A DNA stretch of 64,000 bases from Patescibacteria group bacterium (GTDB taxonomy: Bacteria; Patescibacteriota; Patescibacteriia; Buchananbacterales; UBA6539). The stretch is taken from assembly GCA_041649675.1 (NCBI GenBank), contig JBAZMQ010000001.1:253-64252 (forward strand), in the 5' to 3' direction. Within the stretch, counting starts at the first letter, position 1; every line of letters begins with the position of its first letter. The notes beneath the pieces were generated by a model that saw only the letters and a program-made list of their open reading frames with translations, was not told where the DNA came from and ran no database searches. This document shows, one piece after another, positions 18,457 to 28,041 of the stretch. The position numbers and the translations under genes were made by a program.

Positions 18457-19622
18457 GAATGGTTCGGGCTTCACAAAGAAATAATGCACCAAAATTTTTT
18501 CGAACAGCGAACAAATATTTAGGTTTGCCTGATTATTTTTTGTTATCAGTAATTTTTGGCATTGTTCTTTTTGGTTTAGTAATGCTTTCCTCCGCTTCTA
18601 GCGTTGAATCTTACCGACGGTTTAATGACACTTATTATCTATTCAAACATCAGGCGCTTTTTGGTTTGCTGCCGGGCTTGATTTTATTTTTTTTCTTTTA
18701 TAAATTTGATTACCATAAATTAGAAAAACACACAGTTAAATTTTTTGCCGCTTCAATTATACTTTTGATTTTAGTTTTTATTCCCGGCATTGGTTTGAGT
18801 CATGGGCAAGCAAAAAGTTGGCTTAACTTGGGGTTTACTTCGGTTCAGCCAACTGAAGTGGTTAAATTATTATTAATTTTGTCTTTGGCCGGCTGGTTTT
18901 CCTATCGCGGTAAAGAAATGAATAAAGATTTTTGGAATGGCTTAGTGCCTTTCACGGTAATGCTGGGTTTGGTTTCATTATTGATAATTTTAGAGCCTGA
19001 CTTTGGTACGTTGTTAGTAATTGCCACAATTGCGTTGGCAGTTTATTTTTCAGCCGGTGCCAGCTTAATGCATATTTTTAGCCTGGGTTTGGCGGGACTA
19101 GCCGGCATTGGCCTATTATTTACCATGGCGCCTTATCGGCTGGCCAGATTAACAATTTTTTTAAATCCCGGACTTGATCCGCAGGGAACCGGTTACCATA
19201 TTAGCCAAGCTTTGCTGGCTATTGGTTCTGGTGGCTGGTTGGGATTAGGTTTTGGTCAATCGCAGCAGAAATTTGCTTATTTGCCCGAAGTAATTGGCGA
19301 TTCAATTTTTGCAGTCATTAGCGAGGAGTTAGGATTTTTATTTGCTGCCGCTTTGGTCATTGCCTTTTTAGTTTTAGCTTGGCGAGGCTTTAAATTAGCT
19401 CAATCAGCTCCTGATGATTACGCCCGTTATATTGTCGTTGGTATTATCTCTTGGTTTGTTTTTCAAGCCTTTATTAATATTGCTGCCATTGTCGGTTTAA
19501 TGCCGCTAACCGGTGTGCCTTTGCCTTTCATCAGCTACGGTGGTACCGCCTTGGCAGCGGCTTTAGGGGCAGCGGGAATTTTAGCCAATATTTCGCGGCA
19601 AACAAAAAGCTTAAACAGTTAA
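18453..19622 (+). CDS. ftsW: SEDS family peptidoglycan glycosyltransferase FtsW/RodA
   Basis: 389 aa, 10 TM, conserved FtsW/RodA C-terminal motifs (PLPFISYGGT). Confidence 0.9.
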   Translation: MRMVRASQRNNAPKFFRTANKYLGLPDYFLLSVIFGIVLFGLVMLSSASSVESYRRFNDTYYLFKHQALFGLLPGLILFFFFYKFDYHKLEKHTVKFFAASIILLILVFIPGIGLSHGQAKSWLNLGFTSVQPTEVVKLLLILSLAGWFSYRGKEMNKDFWNGLVPFTVMLGLVSLLIILEPDFGTLLVIATIALAVYFSAGASLMHIFSLGLAGLAGIGLLFTMAPYRLARLTIFLNPGLDPQGTGYHISQALLAIGSGGWLGLGFGQSQQKFAYLPEVIGDSIFAVISEELGFLFAAALVIAFLVLAWRGFKLAQSAPDDYARYIVVGIISWFVFQAFINIAAIVGLMPLTGVPLPFISYGGTALAAALGAAGILANISRQTKSLNS

Positions 19623-19640
19623 AATAGATATAAAAATAAA

Positions 19641-19668
19641 CTGTGACCATATGGTTACAGTTTTATTA
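19641..19668 (+). terminator. rho-independent terminator of ftsW
   Basis: ctgtgacca-ta-tggttacag 9-bp stem (one GU) followed by ttttatt. Confidence 0.6.
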
Positions 19669-19686
19669 TATAAAAAGTATTTTATG

Positions 19687-19823
19687 AGTGGCGTGATTTT
19701 TCGCCGAAGGCGAGTTATCCCGACGTAAAGTCGGGATCCCCTGGGGTGGCGATCCGCTATCACGTTGATTGAATTCAGTTCGGACTAAAAATGGCGCTAA
19801 GCGCCACCCCCGAGCCCCCACGC
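19687..19823 (+). ncRNA. candidate structured RNA (GC-rich island, unidentified class)
   Basis: About 140 nt at roughly 60% GC in a genome under 40% GC. Nested stems: cgcc-gaa-ggcg, cccgac-gtaaa-gtcggg, ggcgc-taa-gcgcc, long-range ggggtggcg/cgccacccc. No ORF. No confident match to SRP, tmRNA or RNase P motifs could be made by eye. Confidence 0.25.
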
Positions 19824-19880
19824 TTAATTTAATTTTTATTTATCATTGATTTTTTCTTAAAAATCTGCTATTTTTTTAAC

Positions 19881-20927
19881 ATGAGAATTATATTTTCCGG
19901 GGGTGGAACAATGGGTTCAGTTAGCCCTCTGATTGCTATTTTTGAGCAAATAAAAAAACAAGAGCCGCAGTCGGAATTTTTGTGGGTTGCCACGAAAGAT
20001 GGGCCGGAAACTACTTTAATTTCCAGTTACCAAATTCCAATCAAAAAAATTTCTGCCGGTAAACTTCGTCGTTATTTTAGCATCAAAAATTTATTTGATC
20101 CGTTTTTGGTCATGGCGGGTTTTCTTCAATCGCTTTTTATTATTAGCCGATTTAAACCCCAAGTGGTAATTTCGGCCGGTGGTTTTGTTTGCGTGCCTTT
20201 AATTTGGGCCGCTTGGCTATTGCGCCGCCCGACTTTGATTCACCAGCAAGATATTGAACCAGGTTTAGCCAATAAACTAATGGCGCCGGTGGCCAATATT
20301 ATTACGGTTACTTTTGAAAAATCGTTGGCTGATTTTGGGCCCAAAAAAACAGTTTGGGTTGGTAATCCTTTTCGGCCAGATATTTTAGAAGGAAATAAAG
20401 AAGAAGGCTATAAATTTTTTAATTTTGATCCGGCCATACCGACAATTTTGATAACCGGCGGCGGCACGGGGGCGGCTGGTTTAAATGATTTAGTTTTAGC
20501 CAGTGTTTCTGGGTTAGTTCAGTTTTGCCAAGTAATTCATCTAACCGGTGGTCGGACCAAAGAACAGGCAACCCACTCGCGCTATCGCAGCTATGATTTT
20601 TTAACCGACCAGCTAAAAAACGCTTATGCCATTTCTGATTTAGTTATCAGCCGAGCAGGCTTGGCTACTTTAACCGAGTTGGTGGCCCTAAAGAAGCCGG
20701 CTATTATTATTCCGATGGCCAGAAGTCATCAAGAAAAAAATGCTTTGGAGTTTTTCCGTAATAACGCTGTTGCTATGCTATCGCAAGAAGGTTTAACCCC
20801 TGAAAGTTTTGTTTTAGCAATTAAGCAATTATTGTTTGATTCGGCTGAACTAAATAATTTGAGCCGAAATATTGCCAAGATGATGCCACTTGATGCCACA
20901 GAAAAAATTATTAAAATGATTTCTTAG
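19881..20927 (+). CDS. murG: undecaprenyldiphospho-muramoylpentapeptide beta-N-acetylglucosaminyltransferase
   Basis: MRIIFSGGGTMGSVSPLIAI and ITGGGTGAAGLN motifs; 348 aa. Confidence 0.92.
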   Translation: MRIIFSGGGTMGSVSPLIAIFEQIKKQEPQSEFLWVATKDGPETTLISSYQIPIKKISAGKLRRYFSIKNLFDPFLVMAGFLQSLFIISRFKPQVVISAGGFVCVPLIWAAWLLRRPTLIHQQDIEPGLANKLMAPVANIITVTFEKSLADFGPKKTVWVGNPFRPDILEGNKEEGYKFFNFDPAIPTILITGGGTGAAGLNDLVLASVSGLVQFCQVIHLTGGRTKEQATHSRYRSYDFLTDQLKNAYAISDLVISRAGLATLTELVALKKPAIIIPMARSHQEKNALEFFRNNAVAMLSQEGLTPESFVLAIKQLLFDSAELNNLSRNIAKMMPLDATEKIIKMIS

Positions 20928-20930
20928 TTT

Positions 20931-22322
20931 ATGACAGTTGATTTAAGTAAAATTAAAACAGTATATTTTATTGGCATTAAGGGTGTAGCCATGTCAGGGT
21001 TAGCCGTGATTTGTAAGCAGCGGGGTATGGCAGTTTTTGGTTCGGATGTTTCAGAAAAATTCATCACTGATAAAATATTAGCGGACTCTAACATTGAAGT
21101 TTATGAGGAATTCTTGGCTCAAAATTTGGATTGCAATCCGGATTTAGTAGTGATTGGCACTTCCTGGGGTGATGACAACGTTGAAGTAGAAGAAACAAAA
21201 AAAAGAAAGATTCCTTTTATTACTGATTCGCAAATGCGCGGCTTATTGAGCCAGGAAAAAAGAACCATTGCCGTTACCGGAGTGCACGGTAAAACCACTA
21301 CGACCGGAATTTTAGCTTATCTTTTTTTTAAAGCTGGTTTACAACCAAGTTTTTTAATTGGCACTGGCATTGTGCCGGATTTAAAAAGCAATGCCGCCTG
21401 GAGTAAGGGTAAACATTTTATTGTTGAAGGTGATGAATACGTGCGGAGTCGGGAAGATAAAATCCCGAAATTTTTAGATTTAGAACCGGCTATTTCTTTA
21501 ATTACGAGTTTGGAATGGGAACATGTTGATGTCTATCCGAGCCTAGAATCAATGGAAAAAGTTTTTGCCGAGTTGATTTTAAAAACCAAAGATTTGACCG
21601 TGGTTTGTGGCGACTGGCCCAGTCTTAAAAAAATAATTTTGGGAATTGATAAAAAAATTATTACTTACGGGTTTGACGAAAATAATTTATGGCAAGCTTA
21701 TGATGTCAGGCAAGATTTTGATCAGACTTACTTTAAAGTTCGGCAAAAAGACAAAGAGTTTGGCGAATTTAGTTTAAAGCTTTTTGGTGACCACAATGTT
21801 TTAAATGCTTTAGCCGCAATTGTAATTGGTTTAAATGAAGGGATAGATTTAGAAAAAATTCGGATAATTTTAAAAGATTTTTTAGGCACGGAGCGGCGAT
21901 TTGATGTTTCCCAAAGAGATGATATTACTTTTATTGATGATTATGCTCACCACCCAACTGCCATAAAAACTACCTTAAAAGCAATTCGCCATCGTTATCC
22001 CAGCCAGTCGGTTTGGTGCGTGTTTCAGCCGCACATGGCTTCGCGGACCAAGGCTTTACTTGATGAATTTGCTCAAAGTTTTTCGGACGTGGATTTGGTT
22101 TTATTGGCCGATATTTTTGCTTCGGCCCGCGAGCAAGCCACTGATATTACCTCAAAAGATTTAGCTGAAGCGACCAAAAAGTATCAACCAAACACAATCT
22201 ACTCAGGCGACTTAAATCAAACCATTGATTATTTGAAAGATAAAATTAAACCGGGAATGGTTTTAGTCACTATGGGAGCAGGGGATGTGTATCGGGTGAG
22301 AGATAAGTTATTAGGCTATTAG
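20931..22322 (+). CDS. murC: UDP-N-acetylmuramate--L-alanine ligase
   Basis: IGIKGVAMSGLA Rossmann N-terminus, IAVTGVHGKTTTTGIL P-loop; 463 aa. Confidence 0.93.
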   Translation: MTVDLSKIKTVYFIGIKGVAMSGLAVICKQRGMAVFGSDVSEKFITDKILADSNIEVYEEFLAQNLDCNPDLVVIGTSWGDDNVEVEETKKRKIPFITDSQMRGLLSQEKRTIAVTGVHGKTTTTGILAYLFFKAGLQPSFLIGTGIVPDLKSNAAWSKGKHFIVEGDEYVRSREDKIPKFLDLEPAISLITSLEWEHVDVYPSLESMEKVFAELILKTKDLTVVCGDWPSLKKIILGIDKKIITYGFDENNLWQAYDVRQDFDQTYFKVRQKDKEFGEFSLKLFGDHNVLNALAAIVIGLNEGIDLEKIRIILKDFLGTERRFDVSQRDDITFIDDYAHHPTAIKTTLKAIRHRYPSQSVWCVFQPHMASRTKALLDEFAQSFSDVDLVLLADIFASAREQATDITSKDLAEATKKYQPNTIYSGDLNQTIDYLKDKIKPGMVLVTMGAGDVYRVRDKLLGY

Positions 22323-22350
22323 CTTGTAGCTTTTAGCTGTTAGAAATTAT
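22319..22350. repeat. intergenic repeat family A, copy 2
   Basis: ttagcttgtagcttttagctgttag directly upstream of murB start; shares agcttgtag and agcttttagctg with copies at 3014 and 39897. Confidence 0.4.
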
Positions 22351-22356
22351 CTAAAA

Positions 22357-23328
22357 GTGATTATGCTTAATAAATTGCAACAAAAACTTGGAGATGTCAA
22401 AACTGATGAGCCGATGGCTCAGCATACGACTTTTAAAATTGGCGGACCGGCCAAGTATTTTTATACGGCTAAAAACAGTGCGGAATTGTTAAACGCAGTT
22501 AAAATTGCCGAGAAGCTTAAATTGTCATATTTTATTTTAGGTTGGGGGAGCAACTTGCTGGTTTCTGACAATGGTTACGATGGTTTGATTATTAAAAACT
22601 TAAGTGACAAACTTGAAGTTCAAGGTGATGAAATTTTTGTGGAATCCGGAGTTAACCTTAGCCGTTTAGTCGGCTTGGCGGCTCAAGCCGGGTTAAGCGG
22701 CTTAGAAACTTTAGCGGGGATTCCCGGAACGGTTGGGGGAGCGGCTTTTGGCAATGCGGGTGCGTACGGGATTAGCATCGGCAAGCTAGTTAAAGAAGTT
22801 GAAATTTATCAAAACGGTAAGGTAAAAAAATTGAGTCAAACGGAAATGCAGTATGATTACCGAAATAGCATTTTAAAAAGTCAGCCGGGCATAGTTTTGT
22901 CAGTAACAGTCAAACTGCAGCCAGGTGACAAAAAAGAGATTCATAATAAAGTTATTGAATTAATTTCTGAACGCAATCAAAAATTACCAGCCGAACCCAG
23001 TGCCGGTTGTATTTTTAAAAATATCAAACTAGGCAAAGTTGATATTGATAAACAAAGATTTATGAAAGAGCTTGAAATTACCGAAGCGGAATGGCAAAAA
23101 GCCACCATGCACGGCAAGCTGTCAATTGCTTTTATTTTGGACCGTTTAGGCCTAAAAGGAAAAACTATTGGCGGTTGTCAAATCTCGGAAAAACAAGCAA
23201 ATTTTTTTGTTAACATTGGCAATGCCAAGGCGGAACACGTGATTATGCTAATTTCCGAAGTTAAAATGCGGGTGCGTAATCAGCTGGTAGTTCAACTTGA
23301 AGAAGAAATTCGTTATTTGGGTTTTTAA
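22357..23328 (+). CDS. murB: UDP-N-acetylenolpyruvoylglucosamine reductase
   Basis: TTFKIGGPAKYF, ILGWGSNLLVSDNGYDGLII FAD-binding motifs; 323 aa. Confidence 0.92.
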   Translation: MIMLNKLQQKLGDVKTDEPMAQHTTFKIGGPAKYFYTAKNSAELLNAVKIAEKLKLSYFILGWGSNLLVSDNGYDGLIIKNLSDKLEVQGDEIFVESGVNLSRLVGLAAQAGLSGLETLAGIPGTVGGAAFGNAGAYGISIGKLVKEVEIYQNGKVKKLSQTEMQYDYRNSILKSQPGIVLSVTVKLQPGDKKEIHNKVIELISERNQKLPAEPSAGCIFKNIKLGKVDIDKQRFMKELEITEAEWQKATMHGKLSIAFILDRLGLKGKTIGGCQISEKQANFFVNIGNAKAEHVIMLISEVKMRVRNQLVVQLEEEIRYLGF

Positions 23329-23332
23329 AAAA

Positions 23333-23361
23333 AGAGAGCGATTCACTTTTTGGAATCGCCC
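23333..23361. terminator. bidirectional terminator between murB and the converging response regulator gene
   Basis: agcgattc-actttttg-gaatcgcc hairpin flanked by A/T runs. Confidence 0.45.
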
Positions 23362-23367
23362 TGGTTG

Positions 23368-23757
23368 TCAGGTTATTTCGGCCGCAAGGACCTGTTTGAT
23401 GAGCACAATTATATTTTTCAGGCTTGTTGCTGGTGGCTTATTAAAGTAGCCATCCAGTCCCAAGGCGGCCGGGTCTTCAAACCGTCTGGTGACGTCTGGG
23501 TCGCCAGACATCAGGATGAACTTTACACCGTATTTGAGCTCTTGGATTTGATGCAACAACTCCAAGCCGGCGTCCAGAGCCGGGGCATTTTTGTCGCAAA
23601 CAACTAAGTCAAGTTGTAGCCCAGTGCTTATTGCTTCCAAGGCTTCGTTTGTGTCGTTCACACTCAGAACATTAAACCCAGCCGTTCGCAGAGATTCGGA
23701 TAGAATTTCCAGCAATTCTGGGTCATCATCAACAACTAATATTTTCTGTTTTTCCAT
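23368..23757 (-). CDS. single-domain response regulator (REC/CheY-like)
   Basis: MEKQKILVVDDDPELLEIL..., acidic pocket DD, phospho-acceptor region LVVCD, conserved T/K positions; strong RBS AGGAGGGAG. GC about 46%, higher than flanking genes. Confidence 0.75.
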   Translation of the reverse strand: MEKQKILVVDDDPELLEILSESLRTAGFNVLSVNDTNEALEAISTGLQLDLVVCDKNAPALDAGLELLHQIQELKYGVKFILMSGDPDVTRRFEDPAALGLDGYFNKPPATSLKNIIVLIKQVLAAEIT

Positions 23758-23836
23758 GCATCTCCCTCCTTTCAGGGTAATTGCAAATATTGTAGTTTGT
23801 ACGCCCGACTCATTATGGTACTAAGATTTGTTACCC

Positions 23837-23865
23837 TTGTCAAGATTGCAAAAATATAGTAAAAT
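23837..23865 (+). promoter_or_regulatory. sigma70-like promoter upstream of secA (TTGTCA-17-TAAAAT)
   Basis: ttgtca 23837-23842, taaaat 23860-23865. Confidence 0.45.
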
Positions 23866-23909
23866 ATTAGGACAATATTTAAAGAATTTATATTTTAATT
23901 TAATTTCCA

Positions 23910-26639
23910 ATGGCTATACTCAGTAAAATTTTTGGTGACCCCAATGCTAAATTTATTAAAACTTTGCAGCCTTTGGTTGATCAAATTAATCAGCTTGAAG
24001 AAAAAATTAAGGCTTTATCTGACCAGCAGCTTAAAGAACAAACCCAAAAATTCAAAAATGAGTTAAAGAATGGCAAAACCTTGGATGATATTTTACCTGA
24101 GGCTTTTGCCAGTGTTAGGGAAGCTGCCCGGCGAACCTTAGGTTTGCGTCATTACGATGTTCAGCTTTTGGCGGGTATGGTTTTGCATCGGGGACAAATT
24201 TCAGAACAAAAAACTGGGGAAGGAAAAACTTTATCAGCGACTTTAGCGTTATATTTAAATTCGCTTACGGGCAAAGGTTGTCATTTGGTAACAGTCAATG
24301 ATTATTTGTCCCGTCGCGACTGCGGTTGGATGAGTCCGATTTACAATTTATTGGGAGTAAGCTCCGGCGTCATTATTCATGAGGCGGCTTTTTTGTATGA
24401 CCCTGAATATACTGATCAAAATTCTACCGATGAAAACCTGATTCATTTGCGGCCCTCGCCGCGGCGGGAAGTTTACCAAGCTGATATTACTTACGGTACC
24501 AACAATGAATTCGGTTTTGACTATTTGCGCGACAACATGGTTGCGGAGTCCGAACAGATGTCGCAGCGGGAATTAAATTATGCCATTGTTGATGAGGTGG
24601 ATAGTATTTTAATTGACGAAGCCAGAACGCCTTTAATTATTTCTGCGCCGGACATGGAGTCAACTGATAAATATCAAAAGTTTGCGCGGCTAGTTACTCA
24701 GCTTAAAGAAAACGAAGATTACAATATTGATGAAAAAATGCGGGCAGCGACTTTGACCGAAGAGGGAATTAGCAAAATGGAAAAATTGTTGGGCGTGGAA
24801 AACATTTATACCGAAGGCGGCATTACCGAAGTTCATCATGTTGAGCAGGCTTTGCGGGCTTATGCTCTTTTTAAACTTGACCGCGATTATGTCGTTAAAG
24901 ACGGTGAAATAATTATTGTTGATGAATTTACCGGCCGGATGATGTATGGCCGTCGTTACAGCGAAGGTTTGCACCAAGCAATTGAAGCCAAGGAAGGTGT
25001 TGAAGTTCAAAGAGAAAGCCGGACGTTAGCGACTGTGACTTTCCAAAATTATTTTCGGTTGTATGACAAATTGGCCGGCATGACCGGAACCGCTGCGACC
25101 GAAGCTGAAGAGTTTTCTAAAATTTATAATTTAGACGTAACCGTAATACCGACTAACAAGCAAATGATTCGGCTTGATCTGGCCGACCGGATTTATAAAA
25201 ATGAAGAAGCCAAATTTAAAGCGGTCGTCCAAGAAGTTAAAGAACGAAACGCCAAAGGTCAGCCGGTTTTAATTGGTACAATTTCCATTGAAAAAAATGA
25301 GCTGTTGGGCGAAATGCTTAAGCGCGATGGCATTGAGCCGCAGATTTTAAATGCCAAATTTCACGAAAAAGAAGCCCAAATTATTTCCCAAGCTGGACGT
25401 TTGGGCGCCGTGACAGTCGCTACTAACATGGCTGGCCGCGGTGTTGATATTAAATTGGGCGGCGACCCAACCGACTCCGAAGAAGAAAAAAAAGTTAAAG
25501 AGTTAGGTGGTCTTTTAATTATTGGCACGGAGCGGCATGAATCGCGGCGCATTGATAACCAGTTGCGCGGTCGCGGCGGTCGGCAAGGTGATCCCGGCAG
25601 CTCGCAGTTTTATATTTCCATGGATGATGATTTGATGCGCATTTTTGGTTCCAACCGGATTAAAAATATGATGGAAACTTTAAAAATTCCCGATGATATG
25701 CCAATTGAGCACGGCATGATTTCTAAATCAATTGAAGCGGCTCAAAAGAAAGTTGAAGGCTATCATTTTGATACCAGAAAACATTTGGTTGAATATGATG
25801 ATGTTTTAAATAAACACCGCGAAACGATTTATAAAAAACGCCGCGACATTTTGGCCAAGGCGGAATTAAAAACTCAAGTTTTAAATTTGATTCAAGAAGA
25901 ATTGATGGAGGTGGTTAATTTTCATACTGCCGCCGGCGATGAGAGTAGCTGGGATATTGAGGAAATTTATGAAGTAATTAATACAATTTTTTCGGTGCCA
26001 AACCCGGTTCGGTTAAAATTAAAAGACATTCAGCTGCAGGCGGGCAATGAAATTCAAGATAAAACTGCCAGGGGCAAATTGATCGGTTATTTATATAAAT
26101 TGGCCGTTGAAAATTACAATGCTTTGGAAGAACAAATTGGCAAAACCGTTGGCCGAGATGATGCCATGCGCGACGTGGAAAAAGGAATTTTACTCAGAAG
26201 CATTGATACTTTGTGGATTGAGCACTTGGAAGCCATTGATCATTTGCGCACCGGTATTGGCCTGCGTGGTTATGGCCAACGCGATCCTTTGGTAGAATAC
26301 AAAAAGGAAGCTTTTCGGCTGTTTAAAGATTTGTTAGTGATAATTAGAAAGCAAGTGGTTTATAGTATTTATAAAATTGGTGTGGCCTCGCAAATCGCGC
26401 CTTCAGTTATGCAGCAAGCCGGCAGTTTGAATTTTAATGCGCCGGCCAAGGAAATGACCAAAGGTTATTCCGCTATCAAACAAGCGGCGGCTGATACGCC
26501 ACAGCAAAAAGAAGCGGCTAGCCACAATCAACCGTTGCCCAATGATGACAATACTCATTTTGACGGCCAAAAAGTCGGCCGCAATGATCCTTGTCCTTGC
26601 GGATCCGGCAAGAAGTTTAAAAAGTGTTGCGGAAAATAA
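23910..26639 (+). CDS. secA: preprotein translocase ATPase SecA
   Basis: 909 aa; DEAD-like motor domains, C-terminal zinc-binding CPCGSGKKFKKCCG. Confidence 0.95.
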   Translation: MAILSKIFGDPNAKFIKTLQPLVDQINQLEEKIKALSDQQLKEQTQKFKNELKNGKTLDDILPEAFASVREAARRTLGLRHYDVQLLAGMVLHRGQISEQKTGEGKTLSATLALYLNSLTGKGCHLVTVNDYLSRRDCGWMSPIYNLLGVSSGVIIHEAAFLYDPEYTDQNSTDENLIHLRPSPRREVYQADITYGTNNEFGFDYLRDNMVAESEQMSQRELNYAIVDEVDSILIDEARTPLIISAPDMESTDKYQKFARLVTQLKENEDYNIDEKMRAATLTEEGISKMEKLLGVENIYTEGGITEVHHVEQALRAYALFKLDRDYVVKDGEIIIVDEFTGRMMYGRRYSEGLHQAIEAKEGVEVQRESRTLATVTFQNYFRLYDKLAGMTGTAATEAEEFSKIYNLDVTVIPTNKQMIRLDLADRIYKNEEAKFKAVVQEVKERNAKGQPVLIGTISIEKNELLGEMLKRDGIEPQILNAKFHEKEAQIISQAGRLGAVTVATNMAGRGVDIKLGGDPTDSEEEKKVKELGGLLIIGTERHESRRIDNQLRGRGGRQGDPGSSQFYISMDDDLMRIFGSNRIKNMMETLKIPDDMPIEHGMISKSIEAAQKKVEGYHFDTRKHLVEYDDVLNKHRETIYKKRRDILAKAELKTQVLNLIQEELMEVVNFHTAAGDESSWDIEEIYEVINTIFSVPNPVRLKLKDIQLQAGNEIQDKTARGKLIGYLYKLAVENYNALEEQIGKTVGRDDAMRDVEKGILLRSIDTLWIEHLEAIDHLRTGIGLRGYGQRDPLVEYKKEAFRLFKDLLVIIRKQVVYSIYKIGVASQIAPSVMQQAGSLNFNAPAKEMTKGYSAIKQAAADTPQQKEAASHNQPLPNDDNTHFDGQKVGRNDPCPCGSGKKFKKCCGK

Positions 26640-26667
26640 AAATATTATAATAAATTTATAAAATAAT

Positions 26668-27135
26668 ATGAATAATTTTAATAGAATATTTGGTTCGGGG
26701 CCGATAGGATTACTTATAAGCTTGGTATTATTATTTTTTGCATTTTATCTAAAAGATTTATTTGACACTCCAAAAATATTTATTGCCCAAGATTTTACAC
26801 GTCTGCTAATTTTTACAACTTTAACTATTGTTAGTGTTGTAATTATTGTTTGGAGTATCGTTTCACTAAACCCAAAATTAAGAGGAAAAACCCTCATAAC
26901 AACAGGAGCTTTAAAATATTTTCGTCATCCCTTATATGCCGCGTTTCTAACTTTTTTTAATTTCGGATTGGCGATTTTATTAAACAATTGGATATTTATT
27001 ATCTGGGCAATCCTTCTCCACCCTATATGGCATTTACTTGTTGCCAAAGAAGAAAAGATGTTAAAAATAACCTTCCCTAATGATTACGAAGATTATTGCA
27101 ATAAGACAGGAAGATTTTTCCCTAAATTATTTTAA
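26668..27135 (+). CDS. isoprenylcysteine carboxyl methyltransferase (ICMT/PEMT) family membrane protein
   Basis: TTGALKYFRHPLYAAFL matches the ICMT family G.Y...RHP.Y motif; 155 aa, 4 TM. Confidence 0.6.
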   Translation: MNNFNRIFGSGPIGLLISLVLLFFAFYLKDLFDTPKIFIAQDFTRLLIFTTLTIVSVVIIVWSIVSLNPKLRGKTLITTGALKYFRHPLYAAFLTFFNFGLAILLNNWIFIIWAILLHPIWHLLVAKEEKMLKITFPNDYEDYCNKTGRFFPKLF

Positions 27136-27329
27136 AATTTAATATATTATTAAAACGTTGCTCGTCTGCCGAGTTTACGAAAGACAAAGTCGCAGATTCA
27201 GCAGACGAGCAGGCGAGAAAAATCGATTGGGCAAAAGCTCCCCAGTCTCCTACTAACCCCTGCGGTTAACCATAGAAATATAAATAGTGTAATAGAGACA
27301 AAATTTAGGAGAAACTAATTAATATAGTT

Positions 27330-27436
27330 CCTCTCTCCGTTCTCGGAGAGAGGACAGGAGTGAGGCAACAAACTCCGTAACCTCACCCGGTCTCTTGGCT
27401 TCGCTTAAGGACCACCCTCTCCGTCTTCGGAGAGGG
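27330..27436. repeat. GC-rich hairpin repeat cluster (copies H1 and H2 plus gtaacctcaccc box)
   Basis: cctctctccg-ttct-cggagagagg (27330-27353); gtgagg...cctcac; gtaacctcaccc (27378-27389); ccctctccg-tctt-cggagaggg (27415-27436). Related copies at 29603-29626 and 30007-30043. Confidence 0.5.
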
Positions 27437-27477
27437 AAGATAATAAAGGTATAAGCAGTGCCATGGAAAGTAGAACT

Positions 27478-27966
27478 ATGAAAATAACTTTTATCCAAAT
27501 TGGCGGAACTATTGATAAAGAATATCCCAGATTAACTAAAGGATATGCCTTTGAAATAGGTGAGCCAGCGGTCAAAAGGATTTTAGAGAAGGTAAATCCT
27601 GGATTTGAGTATGAAATTATTTCTTTACTGCAAAAAGACAGCCTGGATCTCACTGAGGCAGACCGACAAAAAATTCTTGAGACTGGCAAAAGTATTTCTA
27701 ACGATAAGATTATTATGACTCATGGTACTGATACAATGATTGAGACTGCAAACAAGCTAAGTGAAATAAAGGATAAAACTATTGTAATCACGGGCGCCAT
27801 GAGACCGGAGAAATTTTCTGATTCCGATGCTATGTTTAATGTCGGTGCGGCGGTTATTGCTTTGCAAACATTGCCTCACGGCGTCTATATCGTTATGAAC
27901 GGAAAAGTTTATAGTTATAATAAGGTTAAAAGAGATACGGAAACCGGCCAATTTGTTGAAATTTAA
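27478..27966 (+). CDS. L-asparaginase N-terminal domain protein (short, 163 aa)
   Basis: MKITFIQIGGTI (TGGTIA-like) and HGTDTM motifs of the asparaginase/GatD N-domain; no C-terminal domain. Track start 27463; ATG 27478 fits the family N-terminus. Confidence 0.7.
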   Translation: MKITFIQIGGTIDKEYPRLTKGYAFEIGEPAVKRILEKVNPGFEYEIISLLQKDSLDLTEADRQKILETGKSISNDKIIMTHGTDTMIETANKLSEIKDKTIVITGAMRPEKFSDSDAMFNVGAAVIALQTLPHGVYIVMNGKVYSYNKVKRDTETGQFVEI

Positions 27967-28041
27967 TTTTTTAGTGGTGAAGGGGTAGTATATTCGTCTG
28001 AATATGTTAAAATTTAAATAGTTTGAATTAACAATAAATTT

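Noticed and set aside
19623-19880. tRNA, tmRNA, SRP RNA or RNase P RNA in the ftsW-murG spacer
   Set aside because: No cloverleaf with T-loop GTTCRANYC, no tmRNA tag/CCA-end architecture, no SRP domain IV GGAA/AGCAGCC motifs, and no RNase P P4 consensus could be matched by eye. It is kept only as an unidentified structured-RNA candidate.
23350-23607. Plus-strand 85-aa ORF overlapping the response regulator
   Set aside because: It is antisense to a well-supported REC-domain CDS and has no RBS or motif.
27136-27462. Small RNA or tRNA gene in the 325-nt ICMT-asparaginase spacer
   Set aside because: Only hairpin repeats and a 10-bp IR were seen, with no tRNA-like cloverleaf. It is reported as a repeat cluster instead.
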